64,000 nt of DNA from Azolla caroliniana. Its lineage: Eukaryota > Plantae > Polypodiophyta. The notes under the pieces were generated by a model that saw nothing but the letters and a program-made list of their open reading frames with translations, did not search any database and was not told the origin of the DNA. The number at the start of each line of letters is the position of its first letter. The stretch's first letter is position 1. This document shows positions 61,353 through 64,000 of the stretch, in pieces. The position numbers and the translations under genes are program-made. The stretch spans positions 17,980,001 to 18,044,000 of the forward strand of contig JBHGNT010000008.1 in the NCBI GenBank assembly GCA_043228905.1. Reading direction: 5' to 3'.

Positions 61353-61651
61353 ACCGTAGGCCTTCATGTTTTAGAAACAAGTGGATTTTCAAAAAACACA
61401 GTAACTAACGGCTACCTTTCATTCTCCTTCTCCTTCTCCTTCTTCTTCTTTTTCTTCTTCTCTATTTTCTCCTACTTGAAAAAGGAGTGTCGCCTCTCTC
61501 TCTGTCTCGCACACTGTTACGGTCTAGGGTTCGGATCCAAACTAGGGTTTCTCGCTCATCTTCCTCCTTCCTCGCACGCTCGTGCTTCGACTATCTCTCC
61601 ATCTCCTCTTTCTTCTTTTTCGTCTTCTTCTCTGCAGATTGTTGCCTATCC

Positions 61652-63992
61652 ATGGCCGCTGCTAACATTGGGATCATGGACGGTGCCTATTTCGTCGGCC
61701 GCCATGAGATTCTGCAGTGGATTAACACCTCTCTTCAGCTCAACCTCACCAAAGTTGAAGAGGTAAGCGTGATCATCTCTCCTTTAACATCTAGGTGGAG
61801 GCTTCCATCCCTGTCGAGTTGACTGTTCCAACCTGTACGTTTTTAGGTTTCGATGCATTTCTGTAGTCCGTGTCGCCTTTTTCTGTGAAAAAATCATCCT
61901 TTTCTTCTATTATTTTTTCGTGAAAATGCGCGTTGCAGAATCTCCATCATAGGGAGTTGAAGGTTTTGAATCGTATGCGGTATTTCAGAGTTCTCTTTGT
62001 TAGTTTCATCTTCCAAAATTTAAGCTGCTTACTCCGTTTGTGCGCGATATCTTCATTTTAGGGTATTTTCGTCGGTTAGCTCAACTCCTCCTGTCTTTGA
62101 AATTTTGTCACGTCATCCAACTTCATGGAATTTTAGCTTTTTTGTAAGATATTCAGTTAAATTTTGTTAAATTCTTCGCGTTTTGCGGTCTGCACCCGTA
62201 CTGGATTTCGTGTATTAATGTAGTCTCCCTCTATTTGAAACTTTGTTACCAGATCTGTGTGTAAACATACTCTCTTATACATTTGTTATGCTGGTACATG
62301 AATAAGCTTGGATTCTATGCCCTTGATCGTTCCCACACGCACTTTCCCTTCACATTTTTAAAAGCGTTTTTTGTTATGGATTTTAGCGGATCCCGTTTGC
62401 ATTTTAGTGTCTTGTTCTATTACCTCTTGATATCGTGCATTTGGCTTGTACTTCAGACAGCTAAAGGAGCCGTTCAGTGTCAGCTAATGGATGCAGTCCA
62501 TCAAGGAATAGTTCCCATGCATAAGGTCCACTATCTAAAGCATTTCTGTCTTCCTTCCATGTCATTACGTCCTAGCAAGGTCTTACAATGATGTGTTTCA
62601 GGTTAACTTTGATGCTAAAAATGAGTATGAGATGATTCAGAACTATAAGGTGCTACAAGACGTTTTCAACAAGCTAAAAATTGACAAGGTGCAAACTTTC
62701 TTCCAACTAGTTGCATGTTCTCTGTTAAGAGGGTAGGGATAATAATCATTTCTATTTCTCCTCTCAGCATATTGAAGTGGCCAAGCTTGTGAAAGGGAGG
62801 CCTTTAGATAACTTGGAGTTCATGCAGTGGATGAAGCGATATTGTGATTCCATAAATGGAGGGTTTATTAACAGCAAGTAAGATGCTACTGTGATTAGGT
62901 CAATGGATTTGATTGACATGTTGGACTTAATTATATGCAACATAATCATACTCTTTGAAAAACCAACAACCATAAGTTGTAATGGTTGACTGATATATCA
63001 ACTGCAATCCAGTTTATTAGATCAGTTTAGGATTTAGAGTCCAATGTTTAGGCTTTTGTAGACATACAGTATTCGTGTTCGGCACCATTTGAGTACATAA
63101 ATGATAAAAGTGGTACGCAAATTTTTGAAGAAGCAGAGTAAACTGAAGGTTATGGTTGTATGATTTATCAGCTACAATCCAGTTGAACGTCGAGAAAATT
63201 GCAAAGGTGGTAAAGAAACAAACAAGAAATCTTCAGCTTCCAATGTATTGAATATGCAAGCATCTGCTAAAACTTCAATGACAACAACATCAACCAAGAG
63301 TGCTTTGAGCTCAGGGCCTAAACGTGTAGAAACTACCACCATAGCTGTGCCAAAAGGAGGTCAATACTTACTTTTTAACATTTTTCTTACTAAATTGGTG
63401 ATAAAGAAATATAAAATTTGGGCGAAATTTTCTTTGTTCACAGGGTTGAGACCTGCAAGGGTGTCTCCTCCTATGGGTGTACCTGTCTCTTCCACGGCTG
63501 ACGTTGCTATGGTACCAGCTTCACAAGTGGAGGTCCTTAAAGAACAGGTTTTTGTCGAACTTCTTGTTTCTTAAGGATTTTTTTCTGTCCATGCTTAGCA
63601 CAAGATGTTACTTATTACTCTTTGATTAGCACAATGTGTTCTCTGTTCTTTTCTAAAGTGCCTTTGATGTATATGGTTCTTTGTGTCTAGTAAAATATAT
63701 TCTACCTTACTCCTTGGTCAGCAATACAGTATCTAATGTTTTGTGATGAGCTTTTGTTATGTATCTACCATTAATATTGAGTTTGCCTACAAAATGTATT
63801 ACTATTTTTTTTTGTTGCAAAGAGCACTTGCTTACTACCTCCATATATACTAAATTCAATTTTCATCTATTATTACAGGTAACAGAGCTCAAACTATCTG
63901 TGGATAACCTGGAGAAAGAGCGCGATTTCTATTTCGCAAAGCTTCGTGATATTGAAATTCTGTGCCAGAATCCGGGTTTGGAACATACAAAG
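61652..63992 (+). CDS. EB1: Microtubule plus-end binding protein EB1 (RP/EB family), continuing beyond the window; exons 61652-61762, 62457-62525, 62602-62688, 62768-62877, 63172-63359, 63444-63547, 63879-63992
   Basis: [57 protein letters not shown] (CH domain) and [20 protein letters not shown] (EBH domain); all introns GT-AG and phase-consistent. Confidence 0.96.
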
Positions 63993-64000
63993 GTAAAGTT

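Overview
Eukaryotic land-plant genomic DNA; the TE repertoire suggests a fern or other non-seed plant, which is inference. The left ~40 kb is a decaying tandem array of intronless germin-like protein (GLP/cupin) genes: two intact (640-1347, 27413-28129) and three fragments or pseudogenes. The duplicated unit also carries a U5 snRNA gene (two copies, minus strand, each with USE and TATA). The array is invaded by nested TEs: an intact hAT (8-bp TSD, TIRs, intact transposase whose ATG appears split by an intron), a decayed sister hAT, a hAT-type MITE, a very young intact Copia (near-identical LTRs, CCGG-rich), older Copia pieces, and L1 and RTEX-like LINE fragments. The right part holds a chromovirus-type Gypsy fragment, a split L1, a tRNA-Trp-primed Gypsy fragment, a full-length Athila/Tat-type Gypsy and the first seven coding exons of an EB1 gene. 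The most unusual observation is in the full-length Gypsy: it has no polypurine tract, and in that position carries an inverted copy of its tRNA-Arg primer-binding site 2 nt from the 3' LTR, suggesting non-canonical plus-strand priming. All comparisons were made by eye, so coordinates of degraded elements are approximate.
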